Positions 13,138 through 34,719 of a stretch of DNA of 64,000 nucleotides are shown piece by piece (position 1 is the stretch's first letter; each line of letters starts with the position of its first letter). A program made the position numbers and the translations under genes. The notes under the pieces are model-generated. The model did not search any database and was not told the DNA's origin. It saw only the letters and a program-made list of their open reading frames with translations. The DNA comes from the human T2T-CHM13v2.0 reference genome, Homo sapiens: the NCBI RefSeq assembly GCF_009914755.1, contig NC_060936.1. One strand, written 5' to 3'.

Positions 13138-14090
13138 TATATTTTATTTTAAGTTCCGGGATACATGTGCAGGATATGCGGGCTTGTTACATAGATAAAC
13201 ATGTGCCATGGTGGTTTGCTACACCTATTAAGCCCAGATGCATTAGCTACTTTCCTTCCCACTGCCCTCCTCATAGGCCCCAGTGTGTGTTGTTCTCCTC
13301 CCTGTGTCTGTGTGTTCTCATTATTCAACTCCCCCTTATAGGTGAGAACATGTGGTGTTTGGTTTTCTGTTCCTGGGTTAGTTTCTGTTCCTTGGTTAGG
13401 ATAATGGCTTCCAGCTCCATCCATGTCCCTGAAAAGGACATCATCCTATTCCTTTTTATGGCTGCATAGTATTCCATGGTGTATATACCACATTTTCTTT
13501 ATCCAGTCTATCACTGATGGACATTTGGATTGATTCCATGTCTTTGCTATTGTGAATAGTGCTGCAATAAACATACACATGCATGTATCTTTAAAATAGA
13601 ATGATTTACATTCCTTTGGGTATATACCCAGTAATGAGATTGATGGGTCAAATGGTATTTCTGGTTCTAGGTTTTTGAGAAATCACCACACTGGTCTTCC
13701 ACAATGGTTGAACTAATTTACATTCCCATCAACAGTGTGAAAGCATTCCTGTTTCTCCACAGCCTCACCAGCATCTGTTGTTTCTTGACTTTTTAATAAT
13801 TGCTATTCTGACTGGTGTGAGATGGTGTCTCATTGTGGTTTTGATTTGCATTTCTCTAATGATGAGTGATGTTGAGCTTTATTTCATGTTTGTTGGCCAC
13901 ATAAATGTCTTCCTTTGAGAAGTGTCTGTTCATGTCCTTTGCCCACTTTTTAAGAGGGTTTTTTTCCCTCATAAATTTGTTTAAGTTCCTTGTAGATTCT
14001 GGATATTAGACAATTTTCAGATGGATAGATCGCAAACATTTCCTCCCATTTTGTAGTTTGTTCACTCTGATGATAGTTTCTTTTGCTGTA
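13138..14090 (-). mobile_element. L1PA (about PA8-type) 3' fragment
   Basis: Reverse L1 3'UTR and ORF2 end; partial TSD tcaccctat. Confidence 0.92.
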
Positions 14091-14199
14091 TTTTCACCCT
14101 ATATTCTAAGTGTATTATTTTCGTTTAACCTGCTTGGTAGCAGATGAGTATGAAGCACTTGACATAGTGCCAGAGATGGAGTGTGCACTCAATAAATGT

Positions 14200-14370
14200 T
14201 TGTATTATCCATTATCTTCTTTAATCTTTACAATCCTACATGGTAGATATTATTAATAGCTCATGTTACAGATGAAGAAACTGAGGCTAGGAGGATATAA
14301 GTAATTTTCTCAAGGCCATTCTACTACAAAGTGTCAGAGCTAGGATTTATAGCCAGCTCTGTTCAACTCA
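14200..14370 (-). mobile_element. MIR fragment (preceded by an L2 3' end)
   Basis: ttacagatgaagaaactgaggct...ctcaaggcca...gagctaggattt. Confidence 0.75.
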
Positions 14371-14714
14371 CCACCAACAAGATTGTACTGAACAAAATAA
14401 TAAAACTTGAAGTGGTCAAACTGGAATTTTGCTCCATTGACTCAAGAATCCCAGCTGCCTATCAAGAACACAGGATAATGTATTTTCCCCCTCATGACTT
14501 CTTACTGCTCTCCCCTAGGATGACCTCCTCTACCCTCTCTCTTCTTGTATTTGACTCAAATACCAACACAACTCTCATCTCTAGAGACACACAAGCTGAA
14601 TTCACATCTCACCTCAGCCCTTTAGTAGCTGGATGATTTGAAAGAAGTTCAGGTTACCTAAGTTCTTTATATGTCAATCTTTTAATTCTAAAGTGGAGTT
14701 AATAATAAAATCTA

Positions 14715-14870
14715 GGCCAGGCATTGTGGCTCATGCCTGTAATCCCACCACTTTGCGAGGCGGAAGCACTTGAGCCCAGCAGTTAAAGGCTGCAGTGAGC
14801 TATGTTTGCACTGCTGCACTCTGGCCTGGGTGATAGAGTGAGACCTTGTTTCAAACAATATATAAAAATA
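14715..14870 (+). mobile_element. Alu monomer (FRAM or deleted AluJ) inserted in a MIR
   Basis: ggccaggcattgtggctcatgcctgtaatccca...gctgcagtgagc...gagaccttgtttc; degenerate TSD aataata(a/g)aatc. Confidence 0.85.
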
Positions 14871-15739
14871 AATAATAGAATCAAAACCACTGGGCTGTTG
14901 TAATAATTAAATGAGATGGTATATGAAAAACCACTTATGGCAATAATTGGCTAAGTATACTCTCAATATATCTTTGTTGTTGTTGTTGTTATTGTTATTA
15001 TTCTTGGCTACATCCATCCTTCTTATGAGAATTTCAGTCCCCTGAAGAGAAGGATGTATTGAAGGGGTCACCAACTTAGAGTAGTACAATATAAGCAAGT
15101 GAATCTTGATCATCCTGTCTTCTAGCATTTTGACACTATGTTAGTGGTGCATTGCTGGAAGATAAAACTCCTTCCAACTTTATGTCTAATGTATCAAGCA
15201 TTAGGGCTAGAATAAAGGGGCTATATAAGCCAAATATTTTCTCTAAATCTATTTCAAAAAAGAAATGTTTATAATCTTTAAACTCTAAAGGAGTTTATAA
15301 TTCAAGAGGAAACAATATATAAACTTCCAAAATTTTAATTTGTTAAAGGTCTTGGGAGCAACAAAGATGAGCAAAACTGACACATAAATCAAATCAAATA
15401 TTAGTGGGAGTAGTTTTGCTAAGTTTGTGTAAAGTATACTAACATAAACCCTGTTATTCATGAGAATACTCAGTCATACTTTGAGGGAAAAAACAATATT
15501 TTTGTAACAGTTGCTTTTAAAGTTAGAGTTGAGGATGAAAGAAGTCTCTATTTTGAAATTTTTGAAAATATATTGGAAAAAAGGGTTTTATGTGAACGAA
15601 GTTTGGCTTCCTTTACCTGAAAATGGTATTTTTTTCTCCTCAGTTTTCAAAAATGGCTAAGTTTTCTTGACAATCTTCAAGAAAATATCACATCATAAGC
15701 TCCCAAGGAGACAAGTTAAAAAACTGCAAATATTTTTAA

Positions 15740-16020
15740 CCCTTTTCCCGTTTAGAAAAAACAAAGTGTATCTCACTGCCAGTACTCATTTAGTTTTACA
15801 TAAACACACTCTTTGAGGCTGAAGCAAATCTGATTGATTTCTAATGTGAAAATAAAATGTAAAAACTGTTCTTGGAGTTATTTCTAAACAGAACTAACAA
15901 GAGAATCGTTGCAATCATCTGAATCATCTATTTAGGAAAAAACCGAATTCATCAAATGAATCTTCGGCCAATGCTGTTTGAGAAAGATGTTAACATCACA
16001 CATAAGAATGCTATGATTTC
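15740..16020 (-). mobile_element. MER75 (piggyBac-like MITE), left piece
   Basis: TTAA at 15736-15739 followed by TIR cccttttcccgttt; ctctttgaggctgaagcaaatctg and ttcatcaaatgaatcttcggccaa match MER75. Confidence 0.88.
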
Positions 16021-22119
<6,099 letters not shown>

Positions 22120-22367
22120 AAGAATGCTATGATTTCTAGGATTTGACATTTTTAGCGATTGAGAGTTACTATATTTTGTAAATGGAAACACCACTACTAA
22201 AAACAGAATGCTACAAATAGAACGATGTCTTTTGTTTCCAAAGTCGATATCCTAGATTGATGCAAAATAATAATAAAAGCGAGATATTTTGTGGCAAAGT
22301 TTTCTCGGAGTAAAAGCTGCAGCCACAAGTGCTACCCATGTGTATTCTGAGACAAATGGAAAAATAG
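22120..22367 (-). mobile_element. MER75, right piece
   Basis: ctaggatttgacattt...aataataaaagcgagatattt...decayed TIR aaatggaaaaatag, then TTAA at 22368-22371. Confidence 0.88.
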
Positions 22368-22494
22368 TTAAAGGATCTTTGGGGATAAGAAGATCAATCG
22401 TCATGTAGTCAAATCAATTTCAGTAAACAAAGTTTTACTTTTTTACTAAAAACCAACAATTTATCCTAACTGAACTGATACCAGGGTTTTAATT

Positions 22495-22630
22495 ACAGTT
22501 ACTATTATCACCATCTTCATTTTACTGATGAAGAAAACCAACGATTTCAGTTTGTAGAGTAACATGGCCAAGGGCACACTAGTTGTGAGGAATCAAATTC
22601 AGGTCTACTTGACTCTAAACCTGTGCTTAC
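22495..22630 (-). mobile_element. MIR fragment
   Basis: cattttactgatgaagaaa...taacatggccaagggcacac...ttcaggtctacttgactctaaac. Confidence 0.65.
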
Positions 22631-22804
22631 TTTGGTCTTTAATTTAAATGTAAATAGATAGCCTCGTGTGGCTGGTGGCTATTGGACAGCACGTGTTTAG
22701 AAAATAAATAGGTGTCCTTGAAGAACTAGAATGTTTCATTGATCACAATCTAAACTGAATAGACTGTTGGTTATTCTGGTTGCCCTTAAAGTCGCCTGTT
22801 CTTA

Positions 22805-22984
<180 letters not shown>

Positions 22985-23039
22985 CTATAAAACAAAGGAA
23001 GAAAAATAATACCAGCTGCATCCAAGTGAATCAGAAAGG

Positions 23040-23200
23040 CAGAACCATGTAATGGACAGGGATTGAGGAGACCTTGATTTCAGACTGGCCCTGCCACTCA
23101 CTAATTAGGTTGTGAAGTTCCCAGGAGAAGCAGTTAAACCCTTTGTGCTTCATGAAATAAAGAGTTTAATGAGATGGCCTCAACATTTCTTTCCACCTAA
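23040..23200 (+). mobile_element. MIR fragment
   Basis: gagaccttgatttcagactggccctgccactcactaattaggttgtga. Confidence 0.6.
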
Positions 23201-24709
23201 AAACATGTATGTCTCTGTTGCTTTGGTTTACATAAAAGCTAAAAACAATTTTCTAAAGTTTCACATGATTTCCTTGAATCATGTCTGCAGATAATATAGA
23301 CATAAATTTACATAATAAGGAGACTTATAATGACTCCTAACATCTAACTTAATTTCTTCTGCAGTCAGCTCTATCACTCATACTTACAAGAAGAAAAATA
23401 ATAAATTTAAGAAAAGTTAGTGGGCTTCTTATTTGAAAATATGAGGGTACAGTGTTCTGTGCATTCATATTGCATCTTCATAACACAGTTATTGAAACTA
23501 AGCCTATTATCTTAGCTATCAAGAGATTTCCACATACTTCTTTGTAAGTTCTTGGGTAAGGCTTAAGTTAGATTTACTAACAACTTGGAATAATCATAGA
23601 GAGATTTGTAGCAGATACGAAAGCTTCATTTTAGCCAGCTGTTTCAGCTTCCTTCATCACCACATGTCATACTAGAATTACTAACAAGGTAATATATGAC
23701 TAATTAACTATCAAAAGGGGCAGTAGAGTGGTCAAAAGACAGATAGGAGAAAGCAAAAGTAGCAAACAGCCTGGTTTTTGTTCAGTGTTTTGTCTTTACA
23801 GGGTGTTTAAATGCCTATCAAATGATTGTTCAATGAGTGAATGAATATGGTATGAATAGCTAAATGAAAGACAGATGTTTGGGAATCATCATATCTCTCC
23901 TAAGCTCCCCTTCCACACCTTTCTGTATTTGTGTGCTGGAGTAAAAAGGATAGCTGGCTCAGACAGAAATAATGAGTAACCTACCTAAAGGAGCAGAAAA
24001 ACAAGTGATGAACACCGCTTGCGTGACATGCAACTCGCTTGTCATAGTAGAAACACGAACTTGAGAAACAATCCTGTCAGTGGCAGCATCTTCACATTTT
24101 ATGCCTGATTTACAGACAGCCTTGCTCATATTTAATCAAACTTTATTTGTAAACATGCTGTCAACAATTTTATTATTTGCAAAGATTTCTCTAAAAGCAG
24201 CAAATTCGTGCTCAAATGAAATGATTTCATGGCAAATTGAAGCCAGAAAAGGTCAATAATTGGGCTTTTTCTTGCTTGCCAAGTTGACCAGAAATATATT
24301 CAGCAAGAGCAGCTGCCACTGAAACATGTCAATGTGACTCCATAGATCCTCACATGCTTTGAGTCTACCCTAGGGAAATATAATTTCAGAAGCAGCAAAC
24401 TTGACCCTTCACTTGCACCTTGATCCATTTCTTGCATGTCAATAACTGACGTTCACTAGCCTCAAAGTACGCTTAAGATTCTTTAGACAAGTGATCTAAG
24501 AAGACTGAAAGCCTTATCACCTCATGGTACTTTAAAACATGGGGAACGGTGATTCTAGTATTTTGAGTCTAAGATCATCAAGTTTTAAATTTCCAATCCA
24601 CTTTTAAAAATTGTTTTCGCAACATGGAAAATACACATTTGCTGCTGAAGAACTGAAGTGAAATAGAATTGTTTCCAAATTATCTTTAGTGGTATGTATT
24701 AATTTCCTA

Positions 24710-24907
<198 letters not shown>

Positions 24908-26449
24908 CTAGAGAGAAAAACACATGGAAAAGAGAAGATGAATGGGTTGTGGGAGCCATTGCATGAAAGGACATAATTTTTAGTGCAAATGTAGTATTTC
25001 TTAATTATTATATTGTTTATTTGGAAGTCAACGGTATTAGGGTTCTCTAGAGGGACAGAATTAACCATCAAGTCAACCCAGCTGTGACAGTTGGGTTTTA
25101 CTCTGATTTATTTGGGGAAGGCTAAGTGCTAGGAATGTATTTTTAGTATGATAATCTGTACAACTGATGTCAAACCAATGTATTGCATGAATTCGCAAAG
25201 TGGTCCCATGACACTTCCAACCTTTTAAGTAGTCTTCAGATTTTTAAAAGGGCATAAATTTTTTCTTGAAAACGCTGTCACCCACCATAAATTTGACTTT
25301 CTATATTCTCTTGGAATTGTACTAGCTTTTCAAGGCTGAGAGGATGAAAAGTAGGGGGCAGCATCATGTGAGTAGAGGATGGTTGTCTGTGGACTAAAGG
25401 AATGAGCTGAGCTCCTCACCTTCTTATGACTTCAGAAATCACTTACTGACAAGAAGGCTGACGGTAACTAAAACTGTTAAAAAGCTAAAGTTGGTGTCCT
25501 ATCTTAATATACTTCTCTTTCCCCAAACCAAGGGCAAAACCATTCAGACCTGTCCTCTCTGGTTTGCCACTGTCTTCTTTTTCCTTTAAAACTCAGAATT
25601 TACCCCTGCTATCCTAGTCTCTCTCTCTCTGATTTATCATGGCTCAAAACATCAATTAATGAACTGTATCCATGCAGTTCAAGTATATAATTTATGCCTA
25701 TATGCCAATGATAATAGCTTAATAGCAGCTGTCTGGGGCCAATGACACGTTTACTGCCTAACTAATTAGGTAGTTTGAGATATCCAATAAAAACAAAAAA
25801 TTCCTTAAGGTCACCCATGATGCAGTCATTCAGAGACTTTTGGTGCACTTAAAATTACACCATCTAGGCAGCTACCTAATTCACCTTTATATAAGTATAT
25901 TTTGATAAAATGAGACAAAGTACATCTCAAATCCTACTTTGTGCCAAGCACTGTGCATAATATACACTTTTTTTTGCCTTGGTTTTCTATTAAAAAATGA
26001 AAAGGCAAACAATAAGTTAAAAACTAGCATCTTCTTTATTACTTTATGCACTTGAATAAATGTGGGACACAGGGACTTAGATGACAGATTTTTTCAAATA
26101 AGATCTAGCTCTTAAGCTTCATCTACAGAATGCAAAACTTGAGATAATTAAAAATGTCCAGTTTATACAGAGGAAAAAACTGAGTATATTTCTTTTGCCA
26201 TTTTTACCCAGCTAGGGGAAGAAGAAAACGTGTCTTTACTAAAATGTTATTTTACATAGGAAATAGCTAAATAGCACTCCAGTTTGTCACTGTTCCTACC
26301 ATTTTATGCAGTTTGACATTTTGCAATATACTAACTATTGAAACTATGGGATTGATTAAAGCAATTGCTCTCGTTTAGAAATGCTGTAAGAGAGCTTGCC
26401 AAAATAAAAGGGGTCAAACCATGGCTCTGTGACTTACATGAATCGAGGC

Positions 26450-26700
26450 AATAATACTAACAACTAACAGTTACTGGATGCCCAGGAAATGCTGGGCACT
26501 ATGCTAGATGTTATAGACATATTAATCTATTTAACCTTGACAATTCCCACAACTTTACGAGAAGTACTATTATTATTCTCATTTACAGTTAAGAAAACTA
26601 GGGCTTTGAGGAGTTAAGCACTTGTGTAAATGACGGGGTAGGGCAGATATTTGAACTCAAGCAGTATAATTTCAAACTTCTCTTGCTTAACCTATGCTAT
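26450..26700 (-). mobile_element. MIR, near full length
   Basis: attattctcatttacagttaagaaaactagggctttgaggagttaagcacttg...atttgaactcaagcag. Confidence 0.75.
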
Positions 26701-26843
26701 AACATTTCTGAGTCCCAGCTTCCTTTTCTATAAAAGAGTGTAATATTTGCACATTCAAAAACTATACACCTTTTACAGAGCTAAATACATTACTGCTTTT
26801 TTTGTTTTATTTCCTCTGCAGACAAAAATCTTACTTATATTTA

Positions 26844-27008
<165 letters not shown>

Positions 27009-27359
27009 CTACCAAAAAAAAAAAAAAGAGTACATAAAGCTCTAAACTTAAAATTGACACTATGATTATTTTCACTGAAAATAAATAACAAACATTTAGT
27101 TTTTTTGAGAAAAAAGAAAAGAAAAATTCTATAGGATCATCTTCTTAAATCAGCCACTACAGTTATTTCTACTTCAGTATAGTTATTTTCAGTCCTTAAC
27201 CAAATACAGACTTCCTTTTTTCTAGTGATATAATAAAAACATGCATTAAACTTTAAGCATAAGCCCTAGAACAAACAGAAAGAGATAAATAAATGTAAGA
27301 TTTCAAAATATTTTTCTTAACATTATTTGAAAGTTATTTTTAATTCAATAGGTTTATTA

Positions 27360-27743
<384 letters not shown>

Positions 27744-29569
27744 TTATTAAAAGATACATAATATTTAAATACAAAAATTCAATGTATTTATTATACAGCA
27801 GTGAAATACAATACAAACCAGGTAAATCCATAAAATCCCTAATTGATTAATGAGTGATGGAAATGCCTAATTGAAGAAAAAAAAGGTAGAATTTATTTTT
27901 AAAAAATTAGAATGCATTTCCTGCAAAGGTATATCCAACCTTAGTAAAACGGTAAGCAGCAAATAAAAAGACAAGTTAGTTTACACTCTAATTTGGAAGT
28001 AGAAGCTATAAAATTGATAGTTGGCCAGCAAGACCAATGGAAGACATATACAATTTTGGTAGCCTTATTAGTTTAAAATAATTCCACTCAGTTGCCTTTT
28101 TCTGATTCTCAGATATCTTAATTTATGCTAATAAGATAAATAATAAATTATAAAATAGGTAATTTGGCTATATCACCCATGCAACACTACCAGTAACAAA
28201 ACATAACTTACAAAATTTTGTTTTAGTAGGAATACGACTGAATTCAGCATAAGGATATCCAAAATTGATTTTTGTTTGTAACAATAGCATATGGTAACTT
28301 GTTTGTTAGAAAAGAAGGAAAGATAACATTTGACTAAGTACATTACATCAGTTTGGACACTATTTTCTATGATTTAGACCTAGTAGAATTCTACTTCTGG
28401 TCCCTTCCTCCTTTTTTGTGGGAATATATACAAATGTGCAAGTCCTATTCTTTCTTAGCAAAACGTGGTTAATATATGCAAGGGAGAAGGATGATGGATA
28501 AACTCTGTGGAATTTAGATATCCGTATGTAATTAGGCTAGTAGGGACAAAACATCACCAAAGTGTATTCAGTGGTGAAAATATCTGGTTCATTTCCATTA
28601 TAATTGAACACTAATGTATGCAAGGATCTGGGCTAAGCATTGTGAACACAAATATGAATGGCTCACCGTAATTGTTTCATAAGCTTACAACCTAGGAAGA
28701 TAAACATATCTCTAAGTAACAGGCTTCAGTAAGTGCCAACATAAAGTAAAGAGTGTGTTAAGGGACTATCAAGGAGAGTCAGATTCCAACTAGGATGATC
28801 AGAAAAAGCTTCACCGAAGAGGCAACATTTAAGGTCAGTTCTCATATTGCATAACATTTTTATACGTGATGGAAAGAGGACAGGAAATCAGATTGAGAGA
28901 ACAGAAAAGGAAAATGGATTAATCTGGCGATAGTTTCTATATGTAGAACTACAAAAATCAATACTTAGAAAGAAAGTAGGAAGTTCACAATGCAGTCTTT
29001 ATTAAAAGTAGAAAATAAAAATTATATATTTATGATCATAAACACGCAGTATTTTAACTATATAGCCCCAATATAATAACATAATGTCTAATAAAATATC
29101 ATAATGTGACTTGCCCTGAACATTGTGAAACAGGGTGGTGGGTTTTTATTATATAAGAAAAGAGAAATGTACAATATTACAAATCACATTGCTAGTATTA
29201 TTGGTCACAGACCTCTAAAGAAGTGACTCAGCCACCCGTCATGTATAAAAATTCTTTAAAGAGTTCCTATAAAGATTAAATAAAACAATCAATGCACAAT
29301 TTCTACACAAAGTTTCTGGCATACCGTAAATGCTTGTTAAATGTTTATAGGCTCTGAATCTGAGAAATAATTTTGGTGGCCAGATTCATTCAATGAATAA
29401 ATACATAAACACGTGATTTTTTTCTAAAAGGAAAATTACTGTTTTCTTTCTTTTAGAAAGCATTCAATTCTCTGAAAAAAAAGCCTATTTGAACAACTCA
29501 TAAAACTGCATTAATAAAAAGTGACAATTACAATGAAATCCATCAATAATATGTTTCCATTGAAAATCA

Positions 29570-29890
<321 letters not shown>

Positions 29891-31421
29891 TTAAAAATTG
29901 ATGTTAATGTGTGCCTTTCAGCATAGCATGCATAATTCTGTATCCTTGCCTTCTATGAAAATAGTAGCTACTGAATGCATTTTAATAAAATAGAGAGAAT
30001 GAGAAGTAAACAAGACAGTTTTTCTAAGACTCTGTATTATTTTACTTATCAAAGGATGACACAGGATTCTTAAAGCCTAATTCATTTTCAGTTTTCTTTG
30101 ATTGGGAAAATATATATTTGTCATGCAAATTGCCAAATAGCATTGCATAGCAAGCAAAAGAGTAAAGCACAAACATCAAGGTTATAGGCAGACTGGTCAA
30201 GACTTTTGGAGTTACTACATCACCACAGGTTTGCCTATCCAATAATTACCAGCTAAACAAAACAGATTATCCCAACTTCAAGTTGTTTCTCCTCCATGGT
30301 ATTTCTTATCTCCCTGAATGGTAGTCAATACTTTAAAAAATTATGGTAGACTTGTGTTTCCTAGGTATTCCTCAAAGAAATGCAAAATGAAGAACAGCAT
30401 TTATACTTAAGTCAACTCATGGCTTCACACAGCTATAGTTGTTTGTTGTAAATAAAATTTTAAGACCTGAGCAATCATCATAATTAAAATTTAGGGAGGA
30501 GGTAGATAAAGTTTTTTCATTGTGACAAGGAAGTCAACTCACTAGAATAGAGCTCAATTATGTTCCCTATGCAACCCCCTGTTAAACTAAATAAATAATT
30601 TGTTTTCCAAAGTTTATGTAGACGTTAACACACCAAGTTCAAGCTAATCTCTGTTGTAAAGAGAACTCAGAAAAATTAAACTATGCTTAGGCTAGACTGC
30701 AAACATCTTTACTTTAGCAGTTTTAAAAATTTTATGCAATACTTTTCCCAGAGGTGAAACCAGAGAAATGACTCAGATTCATTTGTTGTAACCTTTTCCT
30801 GCCATTTAATTTCATAACACATATTTCTGACACAAAACAGAGATTATTTTCATCATTTACCATAAATGCTTCATTGATCTTCATTTAGAACAGCCAAAAA
30901 CTCATTAGCTGTTTTACCATACTCTATTTCCTTCCAGTGTTGTTGAGAATCCTAATATTTTAAATGGCAATGATATTTGTAGATGATGGCAACAGAAAAC
31001 ACATCTACCACTGTGGGTAGCATGCATGACTATTTAGAATGATAAAAGACAAAATGAAAATATCCAAAGACTCTCATCTTTAAATTTTTTAAAACAATAA
31101 TGAATACTTAGGAAAAGTGCCAGAGGAAGCCAATTTTGACAGCCATATAGGATGATACATGGAAGAGGAAGACAATGCCCTTTTATTTAATTTAGTCTCT
31201 CATTTTGAACTATAGAAGCTAAATTTTAGTCACTAATTAATGTAAGGTTTTTAATTTCTCAAAAGTGATTATTAGTTGGTATCTATTTTACCTCTTTATA
31301 TAACAAACATATTATGCTTGTGAAAAGACAATAACAAAAATTTCATGAGTTATTAATATTACGTGGTAATGGATTAGTTATACATGATCATTGAACTTAA
31401 TTCTTACTTTCCACTTGGTGA

Positions 31422-32228
<807 letters not shown>

Positions 32229-32259
<31 letters not shown>

Positions 32260-32345
32260 AGACAGAGTCTCACTCTGTCACCCCGGCTGGAGTGCAGTGG
32301 CCCAATCCTGGCTCACTGCAAGCTCTGCCTCCCAGGTTCATGCCA
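32229..32345 (-). mobile_element. 5'-truncated AluY-type element with a tail of about 30 nt
   Basis: T run, gagacagagtctcactc...gcaagctctgcctcccaggttcatgcca (AluY/Sc diagnostics), then an abrupt end. Confidence 0.88.
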
Positions 32346-32389
32346 ACAGGACCATTCTCTGTAATTAAGCACATGGAAGACAGACGCTA

Positions 32390-32692
<303 letters not shown>

Positions 32693-33655
32693 TTAAAAAT
32701 AAAATTTCAACCTTTTCTACATTTTCATTTCAGGTGACCAAAATTTATATTTTAATGCCTCCTTCCATCCCTTTCTGAAATATTCTTTGAGATATTTCCT
32801 TCTGTTGTGACTAGATGAACTAGTTAATGCCAGAATTTTGCATGTAATCCTCTTGGGGTCAATTCTAAAAGATCACTTAACCTTTTAAAAGATAGTTTTT
32901 ACTAAGATTCAGTGTTTCATGATATCCTATGATAGGGTCAACCAAATGAAGGTTTTTACTTTGTTTAGATTTTAAAATGTATTATCAACACCATTATTGA
33001 GTCTCTTGATCTATGGTTTCCTGATGTTAACTGACTACTCTCCACATGCATTGCAGCATATATCTTTCTACTCACAGATCAAGTTCAAAGTTCTCTGATA
33101 AAAAATGAATACTGGAAAATCTATCTCTAGTATCTCACACAACATAACTGACAGTATTAAGTGGTGGAAAGTACAATCGATATGCAATTACAAACCAGGT
33201 GTGTGTCTTGACCATATTACTTTGGATATATAGCCAAAGCTATCTCTACATGTTTCTTCATCAGCAAAATGAGCAAACTGGATTAGATTATTTTCTTTTC
33301 AGTTTTAAATTTCTGAGAATGCAGTATTTTGCTTAACCCAGGTGTGCTTTGAGACCAATCATGGATGATTGAACTTTCTCCTAAAAACAATTTCTTCTGT
33401 AATATAAACTGAGCATAATATCTGACACATAGCAAGCATTTGATCAATCAATATTTGTGAATGAATAAATAGTTTCTAGGGTCACACTGAGATTTCTGAA
33501 ACATTAATGGCCTGAATTTAGTGATTAGTTCAACTTTATATTTATATATATAAATCAAATACATGTGTTCATCCTTGTCAATACTAATGATTTCTAGCTA
33601 ACTGTAATCTTTCATATTGGGGTCTTGAATCCAAGTAACTAAACAAAAGCCATTA

Positions 33656-34099
<444 letters not shown>

Positions 34100-34719
34100 C
34101 TAGACTCTTCAAAATGTACGTGTAAGTCTATAAATTTTAAAAAGTAGCTTTATCTTCTGGTCCTGTTTTCAAAGAGCCTTAATTATATGAATAATTCACA
34201 AGTTGGTGTCTGTATAACCTACTTCATAGGTGTGTTGCAAACCCAAGGATATGTCTCATGGTATTACCCTGGAATTATCATGGAATTCATGTATCTATGT
34301 AATTGAGTTTCTGCCTTACAGATTCTTATTCAAGTAGTAAGTGACTTTCCTTAGTCAAATGGTTTAAAACACCACGCACTTTCACATAGCACAAAGAACA
34401 ATGGTCTTATAGAGCGAACTGAAACGTCAAGTACTAGGACCAGAAAGGCAAGGATTACACTGCCGCAAAACTACAATCAGCATTTTGCAGCCAATATGAG
34501 ATAGAAGCAGAGACTTTCCTAGAAATATTTTGGCAAGGATACAATCTACTTTGAACTTTGAATAAATGTAAGTACAAATGAATATGGTCTAAGAAAGAAG
34601 AAATCTAAGACACACATAAGACAATCCAGCTTGGACAACATTTATCAGAACCAGAAAAGTTGAGTGATCACTTCATTAGTGAAAAATACTGATCATTGGC
34701 ATATGAACTCAATGTGTAT

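Noticed and set aside
23378-23392. Isolated minus-strand consensus donor CTT|gtaagtat
   Set aside because: No convincing paired acceptor; isolated donors are common in introns
28382-28395. 14-bp palindrome agtagaattctact, and similar short hairpins at about 50463-50489 and 55641-55652
   Set aside because: A few such palindromes are expected by chance in 64 kb of AT-rich DNA
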